Assembly: GCA_963762615.1 (NCBI GenBank)
Contig: CAVXLG010000017.1
Coordinates: 447,566-511,565 of the forward strand
Source: an uncultured Actinomycetes bacterium
Lineage (GTDB): Bacteria > Actinomycetota > Actinomycetes > Streptosporangiales > Streptosporangiaceae
Reading direction: 5' to 3'
Length of the DNA stretch: 64,000 bases
Shown here: piece after piece, positions 25,151 to 34,662 of the stretch
Layout of the letters: each line of letters starts with the position of its first letter
Numbering within the stretch: the stretch's first letter is position 1
The notes under the pieces: generated by a model
The model's input: the letters and a program-made list of their open reading frames with translations, nothing else
Database searches by the model: none
What the model was told of the DNA's origin: nothing
Made by a program: the position numbers and the translations under genes

Positions 25151-26257
25151 GTGAGCACGTACGACTTTTACACCACGCCGGTCAAGCACGAGACCTGGGA
25201 CATTCCCGCCGCCGGGGCCACCCGCTTCAACTGGGACTACGACAGCGGCCGGGGCCGCCTGCTGGATCTGTACCAGCGCGGCAAGGACAAGCAGTGGGAC
25301 GCGGCCAAGCGGATCGACTGGGAGCTCCCGGTGGATCCGACGAACGTCATGGAGCTTCCCGACGACTTCTGCCCCATCTACGGGTCGCGCCAGTGGGACG
25401 TGCTGTCCCAGGCCGAACGCGAGGAGCTCGGCCACCACCTGAGCGCGTGGCTGTTCAGCCAGTTCCTGCACGGCGAGCAGGGGGCGCTGACGGTGGCGGC
25501 CCGGATCGTGGAGTCGGTGCCCGACATGGACTCGAAGTTCTATGCGGCCACGCAGACCATGGACGAGGCGCGGCACGTCGAGCTGTACGCGCGGTTCATG
25601 CGCGAGAAGATCGGCATGTACTACCCGATCAACGACGACCTGGCGAGGCTGCTCGCTGACGCGCTCAGCGATTCCCGGTGGGACCTGCCCTACCTCGGCA
25701 TGCAGGTGCTGATCGAGGGCCTCGCGCTGGCGGCGTTCGGCGTGCACCGGGACATGGCCCAGAACGCGCTGGTCAAGCAGCTGCTGGCCTATGTCATGCA
25801 GGACGAGGCCCGGCACGTGGCGTTCGGCCGGCTGGCGCTGCGTGACTACTACGCCGGCCTCACCGAGGCCGAGCGCGCCGACCGCGAGGATTTCGTGGTC
25901 GAGGGCTGCTACCTGATGCGCAACCGGTTCCGCGCCCAGGAGGTGTGGGAGCGGATGGGCTTCAACGTGGCCGAGTGCCTGGAGTTCACCGAGCACTCGC
26001 CGGTCCAGCAGGCGTTCCGGACGCTGCTGTTCAGCCGGATCGTGCCCTGCGTCAAGGACATCGGGCTGTGGGGCCCGAAGGTACAGCGCGCCTACCTCGA
26101 CCTCGGGGTGATCGACGCGGCGAAGACCGACCTGGACGCCCTGATGCGCCAGGACGAGGAGATCGCCGAGAAAGTGGACGCGGAGAAGTACGCGGCCGAG
26201 GTCGCAGCGCGCCAAGGCGAGGTGGACACCGCGATCGCGGTCGGGTCCGATAGCTGA
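25151..26257 (+). CDS. ferritin-like diiron protein (AurF/R2-like superfamily oxygenase, function unknown)
   Basis: Two E...EXXH diiron half-sites: SQFLHGEQGA...TMDEARHVELY and VLIEGLALAAF...VMQDEARHVAFG. Confidence 0.7.
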   Translation: MSTYDFYTTPVKHETWDIPAAGATRFNWDYDSGRGRLLDLYQRGKDKQWDAAKRIDWELPVDPTNVMELPDDFCPIYGSRQWDVLSQAEREELGHHLSAWLFSQFLHGEQGALTVAARIVESVPDMDSKFYAATQTMDEARHVELYARFMREKIGMYYPINDDLARLLADALSDSRWDLPYLGMQVLIEGLALAAFGVHRDMAQNALVKQLLAYVMQDEARHVAFGRLALRDYYAGLTEAERADREDFVVEGCYLMRNRFRAQEVWERMGFNVAECLEFTEHSPVQQAFRTLLFSRIVPCVKDIGLWGPKVQRAYLDLGVIDAAKTDLDALMRQDEEIAEKVDAEKYAAEVAARQGEVDTAIAVGSDS

Positions 26258-26293
26258 CCATCGTTCGGCGCCCCCGCTGCCCCGCCCGGCTCG

Positions 26294-26529
26294 TCACGGA
26301 ATGTGATCGTTACGGGCTTCGCGCGTGTCCCGGCCGCGGGGACGATAACCGGCCGGTGCGCGGACCGCGGCCGGGTCGATCACGTCGCCCCTGGTGAGGC
26401 CAGGCCGTCCCGCTGCCGCAGGGCGCCGGGGTTGCGGGCCAGCGCGTGCACGTCGTGGCCAGCGTCGACGGCCCAGCTCGTCAGGTGCCCGCCGATGCGT
26501 CCGGTGGCACCGAATATGGCCAGTTTCAT
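26294..26529 (-). pseudogene. remnant of an NAD(P)H-binding (NmrA/BVR-like SDR) gene: N-terminal Rossmann segment only, with a frame break
   Basis: MKLAIFGATGRIGGHLTSWAVDAGHDVHALARNPGALRQRDGL, then in another frame LTRGDVIDPAAVRAP, then unrelated sequence and a stop. Roughly 140 aa of a normal family member are missing. Confidence 0.5.
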
Positions 26530-26560
26530 GACTGTCCTCGTTCCTGGCGTCGGGGCTGCC

Positions 26561-27106
26561 TCACCGGGCCCGGCCGTGCAGCGCCCGGGCTCGCCCGGTG
26601 AGGCCGGTCAGCGTCCGGGTGGTGGTCTCGATGTCCTGCGGGTCGAAGGAAGCGACCAACTCGGTCACCAGGGCGCCGACGGAGCCCCGGATCCGCGCCC
26701 GCCGGCTTTCGCCGGCGGCCGTGAGGCCTATCCGTGCATCGCCGCCTGCCGGGTCGCTGACTTCCCGCATCAGGCCCTCGGCCACGATCTCGTCCAGCAG
26801 CGCCGCCGCGGACGGATCGTCCAGCTCCAGCTCATCGCGGAGATCCCGGCAGAACGCGTCACGGGTGGGCGCGGATTCGAAGACGGACAGCCGCTGGAAG
26901 GCATACCAGGTCTGCTCGGGCGTGCCGGTCTCGGCCAGCACATCCAGCAGCAGCCCGGTCAGCGCGCGTTCCGCCGTGCCCAGCGCCGGAGGAAGGCCGG
27001 AAGCGCCACCGCCTGCCGGGCCGGCCGGGGCCGCGCCTGCCGGGGCCGCGCCTGGCGCAGCACCGGGGACCGCGCTGGCGGCTGTGTCGCCTGTCGTGCT
27101 TGTCAT
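26561..27106 (-). CDS. hypothetical protein, possibly a winged-helix (MarR-like) regulator with an Ala/Pro/Gly-rich N-terminus
   Basis: 181-aa ORF. It is divergent from a MarR gene across an AT-rich region. The assignment is by weak resemblance only. Confidence 0.45.
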   Translation of the reverse strand: MTSTTGDTAASAVPGAAPGAAPAGAAPAGPAGGGASGLPPALGTAERALTGLLLDVLAETGTPEQTWYAFQRLSVFESAPTRDAFCRDLRDELELDDPSAAALLDEIVAEGLMREVSDPAGGDARIGLTAAGESRRARIRGSVGALVTELVASFDPQDIETTTRTLTGLTGRARALHGRAR

Positions 27107-27237
27107 GGCTTGATCCCTTCGCTGTGCCGGTAGCTGAGCGCCGGGGCTTACCGGGCGTCCGGGTCAGCCTGCTCGCGGCGGACCGCCGGAGGTGCCAGGA
27201 TCGGTGCGTCGGAAGTCACGGGCTCTGCACTACCGGG

Positions 27238-27312
27238 GATTTCTGAGTTACACTAGGGAATCTAGCATCTAATCAAAGCTTATATCTAGTTTAATTAACT
27301 AATAGGGAACCG
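27238..27312. promoter_or_regulatory. AT-rich divergent promoter/operator region with repeated elements
   Basis: TTCTGAGTTACACTAGGGAATCTAGCATCTAATCAAAGCTTATATCTAGTTTAATTAACTAATAGGGAAC. TAGGGAA occurs twice (27254, 27303), ATCTAG twice (27260, 27284), and the palindrome TTAATTAA lies at 27291-27298. The contrast with the surrounding GC content is stark. Confidence 0.6.
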
Positions 27313-27315
27313 AGC

Positions 27316-27849
27316 ATGCCCTGGGACCTGCCGGACGCCGACCTGCCGGGTCGGCGCGGGCTTGAAGCGGCGTTCGAGCTGTCGCTGCGCCGGATGAGCT
27401 CGTTCATGCACCTGATGAGCCAGGCGGCGGCCGACCGGATCGGCATCAACGCCACCGACCTGAACTGCCTGAACATCCTCAGCCTCGGCGGCATGCTCAC
27501 CGCCGGCCAGCTGGCCCAGGCCACCGGGCTGACCACCGCGTCTATCACCGGCGTGGTAGACCGGCTCGAGCAGGCGGGCTACGTGCGCCGCGAGCGCGAC
27601 GCGAACGATCGCCGGCGGGTAGTCATCCACCTCATCTTGGAGCCCGTCCTGCGCGACGTCGTGACGGTGTTCGAGCCGATGCTCGCGGCCTGGCGGCAGG
27701 TCGCGGCCGGCTACACCGATGACGAGCTCAAGCTCATCCTGCGCTTCCAGGCCCAGACCGAGCAGGTGCTCAGGGACAACCTGATCAGGCTGCGCCGGCC
27801 CGACGCCAAGACAGCAGTTCGTGGTCAGGCACCCCCGCCGCGCGAGTGA
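27316..27849 (+). CDS. MarR family transcriptional regulator
   Basis: INATDLNCLNILSLGGMLTAGQLAQATGLTTASITGVVDRLEQAGYVRRERDANDRRRVVIHL. Confidence 0.85.
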   Translation: MPWDLPDADLPGRRGLEAAFELSLRRMSSFMHLMSQAAADRIGINATDLNCLNILSLGGMLTAGQLAQATGLTTASITGVVDRLEQAGYVRRERDANDRRRVVIHLILEPVLRDVVTVFEPMLAAWRQVAAGYTDDELKLILRFQAQTEQVLRDNLIRLRRPDAKTAVRGQAPPPRE

Positions 27850-28595
27850 AGAACGCCACTCGTCTTCGCCGGCCACCGCCGCGCGACGAAGACAAACTCG
27901 CGGCCAGGCCGGTCGGGAGCGTCCCGGACATCATCAACGACCAGGCCGGCCGCGGCCAGTGAGTTCGCGAGCTCATCGCGGCCCCGGAACCGCAACGTGG
28001 AGTCCGACGTCAGCACCGCACCGTCAGCGCCGAATACGAAGGTCGTCCGGAACCGGGCCAGGCTTCCCCCGGCACCGGTCAGGTCTGTCCACGTCTCGAC
28101 GGGGCCGACCCCCGCGATCACGACACGGCGGTAGGTCTGGTCCCGGTTCCATCCCAGCCACGCCCTCGCCCGCGGATCCCGGCTCTCGAACACCAGCCGG
28201 CCCCCGGGCCGCAGGGCTTCACGGACCGCCCCCAGCGTCGCCGCCCACTCCTCGCCCGCTATGAAGACCTGGGCTACATTCCCGGTCATGGTCACAAGAT
28301 CGACCTGTAGCGGAGGCAGGCCCCTGGCGTCCGCATTCAGCCAGCGGACGCCGCCGGCCCCCGGCTTACGGCGGGCGACCTCCAGGGAGGCGGCAGCTGG
28401 ATCGACGGCGATGACCTCCAGACCATGCGCAGCGAGCAGGCAGGCCAGGGTCCCCGTGCCGCAGCCGACGTCCAGCACGCTCCGGGCGGCAAACTCCCCG
28501 GCCATCGCGGCGTAGCCATCCAGATCGGAACGATCGCTGTCCAGCGCGTCGTAGATCTCGGCGAGCCGAGGCTCCTCGAAGACCGCATCAGCCAC
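27825..28595 (-). CDS. class I SAM-dependent methyltransferase
   Basis: Motif I is VLDVGCGTGTLACLLAAHGLEVIAVDPA. Also LVTMTGNVAQVF and GGRLVFESRDP. Its 3' end overlaps the convergent MarR gene by about 25 bp. Confidence 0.8.
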   Translation of the reverse strand: MADAVFEEPRLAEIYDALDSDRSDLDGYAAMAGEFAARSVLDVGCGTGTLACLLAAHGLEVIAVDPAAASLEVARRKPGAGGVRWLNADARGLPPLQVDLVTMTGNVAQVFIAGEEWAATLGAVREALRPGGRLVFESRDPRARAWLGWNRDQTYRRVVIAGVGPVETWTDLTGAGGSLARFRTTFVFGADGAVLTSDSTLRFRGRDELANSLAAAGLVVDDVRDAPDRPGREFVFVARRWPAKTSGVLHSRGGGA

Positions 28596-28657
28596 GAAGC
28601 GAACCCTACGACCGGCGCAGGCATCCGGTCAGTGATCGCTCCGCGCAGAACCCAAGG

Positions 28658-30541
28658 TCACGAATTACCGGTGACCGATCCAGGGTTCACGGCGCTGCGG
28701 CTTAGCTCGTCCGCGGCTGACGACCTGCCGGACGCGGCCTGGCGGCTGCCGAGCCGTTCCAGCCGCCGGAGCGACCTCTCGTCGCTGCGGCCGGCCAGCC
28801 AGCGCAGCGTCCCCGGGGCGATCCTGGACAGCGCGTAGCTGACCCGGGCCTCGGTGTTGACCGGCACGACGGCCCGGTTGTCGCGCACCGCGCGCAGCAC
28901 CGCGACCGCGACCTTCTCCGGCGGGAAGCCGCGCATCCGGAACGCCCTGCTCGCCCCGGCCCTGATCCGCTGCTCGGTCTCCCCGCTCGTGCCGGCGTAA
29001 TGGGTGGCCTGCCCGATGCCGGTGTTGGTGAAGCCGGGGCAGATGGCGCTCACCCCGATCCCGGACGGGGCCAGCTCGGCGCGCAGGCAGTCGCTGAGCA
29101 TCCGCACGGCGGCCTTGGTCGCCGAGTAGGCCGGCAGCATGGCGGTGGGCGCGAACGCGGCGGCCGAGGCGATGTTGACCAGGTGACCGCCTTGACCGCG
29201 CTCCACCATCTGGCTGCCGAACAGCCGGCAGCCTCGCGCCACGCCCAGCAGGTTCACGTCGACGATCCGCTGCCAGTCCTCTTCGGTGTGCTTGAGGAAG
29301 GACCCGGCGATCGCGATCCCGGCGTTGTTCACCACGATGTCGGGCACGCCGATCGCGTCGCGCACCCGCGCGGCGAACAGCTCCATCTCCTCCGGGCTGG
29401 TCACGTCCACCTGGTAGGACTGCGCCACCCCGCCGCGCTCGCTGATCAGCTCGCGGGTCCGTTCGGCCGAATCGAGGTTAAGGTCGGCCGCCACGACCTG
29501 CGCCCCGTTCGCGGCGAAGGCCAGGCAGACCGATCGCCCGATGCCGCTGCCCGCGCCGGTGACGACGACCAGTTTTCCGTCGAACCGCTGGCGGCCGGGA
29601 CTGGCGTCGGCGCGCCGGAGTTCGCGGCTGGCGGGCTCCCCGTCCACGTGCCCCGCGAACTCGGTGATCCAGCCGGCCAGCTGCGCCGCGTGGGTGCGCT
29701 GGATCCAGTGCGGCGCGCGGGTCCGGCGCAGCCACAGCCGGGGGGCGTAGCCGCGGGCCGACAGCTGGGTCTGCTCGGCGATGAACCGGTCACCGGACGC
29801 GATGATCAGCTGCACCGGCACGTCGACCTTCGCCGGGTGCGGCCGGGTCATCCGCCGCGGCATGTTCGCGCGGTACAGCGAGAGGCCGTTGATGCCGTCC
29901 TGGGTGATCGTTTCGGCCGGGTGGCCGGGACGGGGAGTGATCCCTTCCGCGGCGAGCATCCTGCCCCAGCGGCGGCCGAGGCCGCCGCGCCAGGCCAGCT
30001 CGGGCAGGCCCGGGATCTGGAAGAAGCCGATGTACCAGGACCGGCCGAGCTGGTTCGCGAGGTCCGCGGCCCCGCGGGGGCTGCGCAGCGCGCGACGGCG
30101 CAGCCAGGCGGTGGCCTGGTCAAGCGAGGGCCCGCACATCGAGGTGAACGAGGCCACCCGGCCGGCCAGCCGGGGGGTGCTCACGGCCTCCCAGCACTGC
30201 ATCGAGCCCCAGTCGTGACCGACCAGGTGAACCGGCCGGCCCGGGCTCACCTCCTGGATGACCGCCTCCAGGTCGGCGATGAGCAACGGGAAGGCATAGC
30301 CCCGCGTGCTGCCCGGCGCGGTGGAAGCGCCGGCGCCGCGGACGTCGTACGTGACGACGTGGAAGCGGCCGGCCAGCAGCTCGGCGAGCTCGTCCCACGC
30401 CGCCTGGGTGTCCGGGTAACCGTGTACCAGGATGACCGTCGGCTGCTCCGGGTCACCCCGCCGGGTCACCGCGAGCTTCACGTCGCCGGCGTCGATCCTG
30501 CCGCGGCGTACCGGGTGCGGTGCCGGTCCGGTCGGGTCCAT
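28658..30541 (-). CDS. bifunctional alpha/beta-hydrolase (epoxide hydrolase-like) / short-chain dehydrogenase fusion, EphD-like
   Basis: N-terminal VILVHGYPDTQAAWDE...HLVGHDWGS. C-terminal SDR VVVTGAGSGIGRSV...NNAGIA...YSATKAAVRMLSD. Confidence 0.85.
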   Translation of the reverse strand: MDPTGPAPHPVRRGRIDAGDVKLAVTRRGDPEQPTVILVHGYPDTQAAWDELAELLAGRFHVVTYDVRGAGASTAPGSTRGYAFPLLIADLEAVIQEVSPGRPVHLVGHDWGSMQCWEAVSTPRLAGRVASFTSMCGPSLDQATAWLRRRALRSPRGAADLANQLGRSWYIGFFQIPGLPELAWRGGLGRRWGRMLAAEGITPRPGHPAETITQDGINGLSLYRANMPRRMTRPHPAKVDVPVQLIIASGDRFIAEQTQLSARGYAPRLWLRRTRAPHWIQRTHAAQLAGWITEFAGHVDGEPASRELRRADASPGRQRFDGKLVVVTGAGSGIGRSVCLAFAANGAQVVAADLNLDSAERTRELISERGGVAQSYQVDVTSPEEMELFAARVRDAIGVPDIVVNNAGIAIAGSFLKHTEEDWQRIVDVNLLGVARGCRLFGSQMVERGQGGHLVNIASAAAFAPTAMLPAYSATKAAVRMLSDCLRAELAPSGIGVSAICPGFTNTGIGQATHYAGTSGETEQRIRAGASRAFRMRGFPPEKVAVAVLRAVRDNRAVVPVNTEARVSYALSRIAPGTLRWLAGRSDERSLRRLERLGSRQAASGRSSAADELSRSAVNPGSVTGNS

Positions 30542-30776
30542 CGCGCCTCCCTCGTGGCGGCGCCAGGCTCGGCGGCGCTGAGAGTCACATTATCGGCGGC
30601 AGGTCACGTGTTACCAGCCGGTAGCCGTTACCGCGCCGTTCCGGCGGCCGGCCCGCGCGGCGCCGCGGGCCGCAGGCGCCGGGCGGCCGGGGATCGGCGG
30701 CCTGCGCAGGGCCACCGCGAGGCAACCGACGGAAGCCGGGAGGTAGCCGGGCCCGGCACCGGGTACGGACTACATC

Positions 30777-31760
30777 GTGAGCCCTTCCAGCCTGCCGTTC
30801 TCCCGCCGCGCCCGCGACCCGGGCGGCACCGGCGACCCCGCAGGCCCGCCGCGCCAGCGGCGGCTGCCCCGCCCGCTGCCCCGGCCGGGGCGGCTGGCCG
30901 AGCGGATCGAGCACGCCGGCGCGCTGGACCGCGCCAGCGCGGCGGTCACCGGCGCGGTGCGCGGGGTGCTGCGGCACAGCGCCGCGGCCGATCTGCTGCA
31001 CGGGGTCCCGTTCGGCCAGCCGGCCCACCCGCCGCTGGTCCAGCTGCCGATCGGATGCTGGGCCTCCGCTGCCCTGCTCGACCTGCTCCCCGGAACGTCA
31101 CGGGCATCACGGGCGCTGATCGCGGCCGGGATCGCCGGAGCGGTGCCGGCCGCCGCGGCCGGACTGGCGGACTGGTCGGAGCTGCACCGCGAGCAGCAGC
31201 GGGTCGGCGTGGTGCACGCCGCCTCCGGCGCGATGGCCACGGCGCTGTACTCGGCATCGCTGCTGGCCCGGGTCACCGGGCAGGACCGCCGCGGCAAGCT
31301 GCTCTCGCTCGGCGGGCTCACCGCGGTCGCGGCAGGGGGCTACCTGGGCGGCCATCTCGCCTTCCGGATGGGCGCCGGGTCCAGCCACGCCGAGCCGGTA
31401 GCCCACCTGGCACCCCTCGGCTGGCACGATCTGTGCCAGATCGGCGAGCTGCCGGACGGCCGCCCGGTCCGGCTGCCGCTCGGCTACCTCGGCCTGCTCG
31501 TGCTCCGCCAGGGGACGCAGGTACGCGCGCTCGCCGACCAGTGCGCGCATCTCGGCGGCCCGCTGCACCAGGGCCGCGTCGTATCGGCCGGGCCGGACGT
31601 GTGCGTGGTGTGCCCCTGGCACGGCAGCACCTTCGCGATCGCCGACGGGTCGGTGCGGCACGGCCCGGCCACCGCGCGCCAGCCCGCCTTCGACACCAGG
31701 GTCAGCGAGTCCGGTGTCGTCCAGGTCAGGCCGCAGGGCTGGCCTGGACCCCGGCCGTGA
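30777..31760 (+). CDS. membrane DUF2231-like domain fused to a Rieske [2Fe-2S] domain
   Basis: Rieske ligands CAHLGGPLHQG and CPWHGSTFAIADG. The N-terminal half has several hydrophobic helices. The start codon is uncertain. Confidence 0.7.
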   Translation: MSPSSLPFSRRARDPGGTGDPAGPPRQRRLPRPLPRPGRLAERIEHAGALDRASAAVTGAVRGVLRHSAAADLLHGVPFGQPAHPPLVQLPIGCWASAALLDLLPGTSRASRALIAAGIAGAVPAAAAGLADWSELHREQQRVGVVHAASGAMATALYSASLLARVTGQDRRGKLLSLGGLTAVAAGGYLGGHLAFRMGAGSSHAEPVAHLAPLGWHDLCQIGELPDGRPVRLPLGYLGLLVLRQGTQVRALADQCAHLGGPLHQGRVVSAGPDVCVVCPWHGSTFAIADGSVRHGPATARQPAFDTRVSESGVVQVRPQGWPGPRP

Positions 31761-31763
31761 TCG

Positions 31764-32552
31764 TCAGGGCGCGGCCCACGCTGACCAGCGTGCCTGCCGG
31801 TGCTCGACGCAGAGCGGCACGCCGAAGCACTTGGACAGGTTCCGGTCGGTGAACGCCTCGGCCAGCTCCCCGGCGGCGACCACGCCGCCCTTGCGCAGCA
31901 AGATCGCATGGGTGAAGCCTTCGGGCACCTCTTCGACGTGATGGGTGACCAGCACCATCATCGGCGCCCCGGGGTCGCGGGCCAGCGCGGACAGCCGCCG
32001 CAGCAGGTCCTCCCGGCCGCCCAGGTCCAGTCCCGCGGCCGGCTCATCGAGCAGCAGCAGCTCGGGATCGGGCATCAGCGACCGGGCGATCTGCACCCGC
32101 TTGCGCTCTCCCTCGGACAGGGTCGAGAACCTGCGCCTGATCAGGTGCGCGCAGCCGAGCGCGTCGAGCAGCTCAACGGCCCGGGTCACGTCGGCGGACT
32201 CGTACTCCTCTTTCCACCGGCCGAGAATCGCATAGGAGGCGGTGAGCACCAGGTCGATGACCTTTTCCGCGGGCGGCACCCGGTCGGCCACCGCAGCGCT
32301 GGCGAACCCGATCCTCGAGCGCAGCTCGAACACGTCCACCTCGCCCAGCCGCTCGCCGAGCACCTCGACCGAGCCCGTGGAGGGGAACAGCTGCGCTGCG
32401 GCGACCTGCAAGAGCGTGGTCTTGCCGGCGCCGTTCGGGCCTATCACCACCCAGCGCTCGTCCTCGTGCGCCGTCCAGCCGATGTCGCGCAGCAGCATCG
32501 ACCTGTCCCGCCGGACGCCAACGCCGCGCATCCGCAGCACCTCGTCCGACAT
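31764..32552 (-). CDS. orphan ABC transporter ATP-binding protein
   Basis: Walker A GPNGAGKTTLL, signature LSEGERKRVQIARSL, Walker B LLLLDEPAAGLD. ATG at 32552 after GGAAGGGG. No permease gene is adjacent. Confidence 0.85.
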   Translation of the reverse strand: MSDEVLRMRGVGVRRDRSMLLRDIGWTAHEDERWVVIGPNGAGKTTLLQVAAAQLFPSTGSVEVLGERLGEVDVFELRSRIGFASAAVADRVPPAEKVIDLVLTASYAILGRWKEEYESADVTRAVELLDALGCAHLIRRRFSTLSEGERKRVQIARSLMPDPELLLLDEPAAGLDLGGREDLLRRLSALARDPGAPMMVLVTHHVEEVPEGFTHAILLRKGGVVAAGELAEAFTDRNLSKCFGVPLCVEHRQARWSAWAAP

Positions 32553-32683
32553 ACGGTCCCCTTCCTGTCGCGGCAACCGCTCAGTGCCGAACCTACCCCC
32601 GCGGGGCGCCGCCGGAAGCATCAGCGCCGGTCCGGGAGCGCGTGCCCTGCTGCGCGCCGGGACGGACACGCGTTCCCGGGCGC

Positions 32684-33376
32684 TCAGCCGGGCGGGTACC
32701 CGGTGTCGGTTGCGTCCCAGCCAAGTTCGCGCGCGTGCGCGACCGCGTACAGTGCCGCCTGCGTGCGGTCCTGCACCCCCAGCTTGGCCAGCACTGAACT
32801 GACGTGCGTCTTCACGGTCTTCTCCGCCACGTTCAGCGCCCGCGCGATCTCCCGGTTAGACCTGCCCCTGGTGAGGAGCCTGAGCACCTCGCGCTCGCGG
32901 CCGGTGAGCGCGGCCGGGCCGGCCGTCGCGCCGCGATCGGCGGCGCGGCGGATGAACGTTTCCGCTGCCTCCGGCGACAGCAGCAGGTTGCCGTCGTGTA
33001 CCGAGCGGATCGCCCGGACCAGCGCGTCCGGGTCGACGTCCTTGTAGAGGAAGCCCGCCGCGCCGGCCCGCACGGCGGCGCCGGCCGCGGCCGGGTCGGT
33101 CACGCTGGTGAGCACGAGGATGCGCGCCGGGACCCGGCCGGCCGCCAGCTGCTCGATCACCTCAAGCCCCTTCAGGCCGGGCATCTTGAGGTCCAGCAGC
33201 ATCACGTCGGGACTGAGCTCGGCCGCCATCTTGGCCGCCTCGGTCCCGTCCGCCGCCTCGCCGACCACGTCCATGTCGTCCTGGACCTCCAGCAGCACCC
33301 GCAGGCCCTGCCGGACGACCGGGTGATCGTCGGCGATCAGCACCCGGATCCGCCGGCCGGCGTCAGTGCCGGTCAC
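32684..33376 (-). CDS. NarL/LuxR-family response regulator
   Basis: RVLIADDHPVVRQGL...DVMLLDLKMPGL... and the HTH LTGREREVLRLLTRGRSNREIARALNVAEKTVKTHVSSVLAKLG. GTGA overlap with the kinase stop. Confidence 0.85.
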   Translation of the reverse strand: MTGTDAGRRIRVLIADDHPVVRQGLRVLLEVQDDMDVVGEAADGTEAAKMAAELSPDVMLLDLKMPGLKGLEVIEQLAAGRVPARILVLTSVTDPAAAGAAVRAGAAGFLYKDVDPDALVRAIRSVHDGNLLLSPEAAETFIRRAADRGATAGPAALTGREREVLRLLTRGRSNREIARALNVAEKTVKTHVSSVLAKLGVQDRTQAALYAVAHARELGWDATDTGYPPG

Positions 33377-34575
33377 AACCGGCTCCCCGGCTCCGGCGGG
33401 ATCGCCAGCGTGACCTTGGTGCCCGACCCCGGCGTGCTGCTGATCGACAGCGTGCCGCCGGCCGCGGCCGCGCGCTCCCGCATCGACGTCAGCCCGAGCC
33501 CGGACGCTGGCGCATCGGGCGAGAACCCGCGGCCGCCGTCGGTTACCTCGAGGATGACCCGCCGGGCCGTTCGGTGCAGGGATATCTCTATCTCGGCGGC
33601 GCCGGAGTGCCGCAGCGCGTTGTGCAGGGCCTCTTGGGCGATCCGGTATGCGGCCGCGTCGCCGGCCGCTCCCAGCGGCGGAATCCGCGTCGCGGTGAAC
33701 CGCACCGTGACGCCGTGGGCCAGGCCGGCCAGCGCCGCGTACCGGCGCAGCGACTCGGCCAGGCCGCACTCGCCCAGGTCGGGCGGCGCCAGCCCGCTGA
33801 TCACGGCGCGCAGCTCGGCGTGCGCCGCTCCGCTCAGCGCGGCGACGCTGTCCATCTCGGCGGCGGCGCGGGCCGGGTCCCGGACGGCCAGGACGGAAGC
33901 GGCGCGGGCCTTGGCCCGGATGCTGAACAGCTTCTGCGCCACCGCGTCGTGCAGTTCCCGGGCCAGTCTGCCGCGCTCCTCCGTCACCGACAGCTCGCCG
34001 ACCCGCTCGTACAGCCGGGCGTTGATCAGCGCGATCGCCGCGTGCGCCGCGAACAGCCCGAGCAGCTGCTCGTCCCGTGCGGTGAAGCCGCCGGGAACGG
34101 CCTTGTTGGCCACGAAGATGATGCCGAGCACATCCGGGCCGTGCTTGATCGGAACGCCCAGGAAGTCGGCCAGCTCGGGATGCGCAGATGGCCACCAGCC
34201 TCCGAACCTGGGGTCGGCGCGGATGTCGGCCAGCCGTTCCGGCTTGCCGTCGCGAAGCAGGACGGCGAGCATGCCGTGCTGGCGCGGCAGCGGGCCGATC
34301 GCCTTCTGCTGGCGGGCCGTAAGGCCGTCCACGACGAACTCGGCGAACGAGCCCTGCGCGTCCGGCACGCCCAGCGCCGCGTAGCGCGCGCCGGACAGCG
34401 AGCGCGCGGACCGCACGATCACCTGCAGCACGTCCCGCACGGACAGTTCCCGGGTGACGGCGAGCACCGCCCGGCTGACCTGGTAGAGCACCTGATCCTC
34501 GTCGGGTGCGGCGCGGGCGGCGGCGGGCGGAGCGGTCACCCACCTGACGCTACCCGCGGGACTGCGGCGCGGCAT
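33373..34575 (-). CDS. GAF domain-containing sensor histidine kinase (HisKA_3 type)
   Basis: GAF-like N-terminal half. H-box ERGRLARELHDAVAQKLF. N-box RIAQEALHNALRHS. G-box GLGLTSMRERAAAAGGTL. Confidence 0.8.
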   Translation of the reverse strand: MPRRSPAGSVRWVTAPPAAARAAPDEDQVLYQVSRAVLAVTRELSVRDVLQVIVRSARSLSGARYAALGVPDAQGSFAEFVVDGLTARQQKAIGPLPRQHGMLAVLLRDGKPERLADIRADPRFGGWWPSAHPELADFLGVPIKHGPDVLGIIFVANKAVPGGFTARDEQLLGLFAAHAAIALINARLYERVGELSVTEERGRLARELHDAVAQKLFSIRAKARAASVLAVRDPARAAAEMDSVAALSGAAHAELRAVISGLAPPDLGECGLAESLRRYAALAGLAHGVTVRFTATRIPPLGAAGDAAAYRIAQEALHNALRHSGAAEIEISLHRTARRVILEVTDGGRGFSPDAPASGLGLTSMRERAAAAGGTLSISSTPGSGTKVTLAIPPEPGSRL

Positions 34576-34662
34576 CCGCCGCCGGTCCTAGGACTATCGG
34601 CGGCCGACCACACCGACCGCGGCCCGATGCGCCGCGGCGGCGCCGTGCCTAGCCTCACTGAT

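Noticed and set aside
29000-31852. 950-aa ORF on the plus strand
   Set aside because: It is mostly antisense to the EphD-like gene and out of frame with the Rieske gene. It is a shadow ORF.
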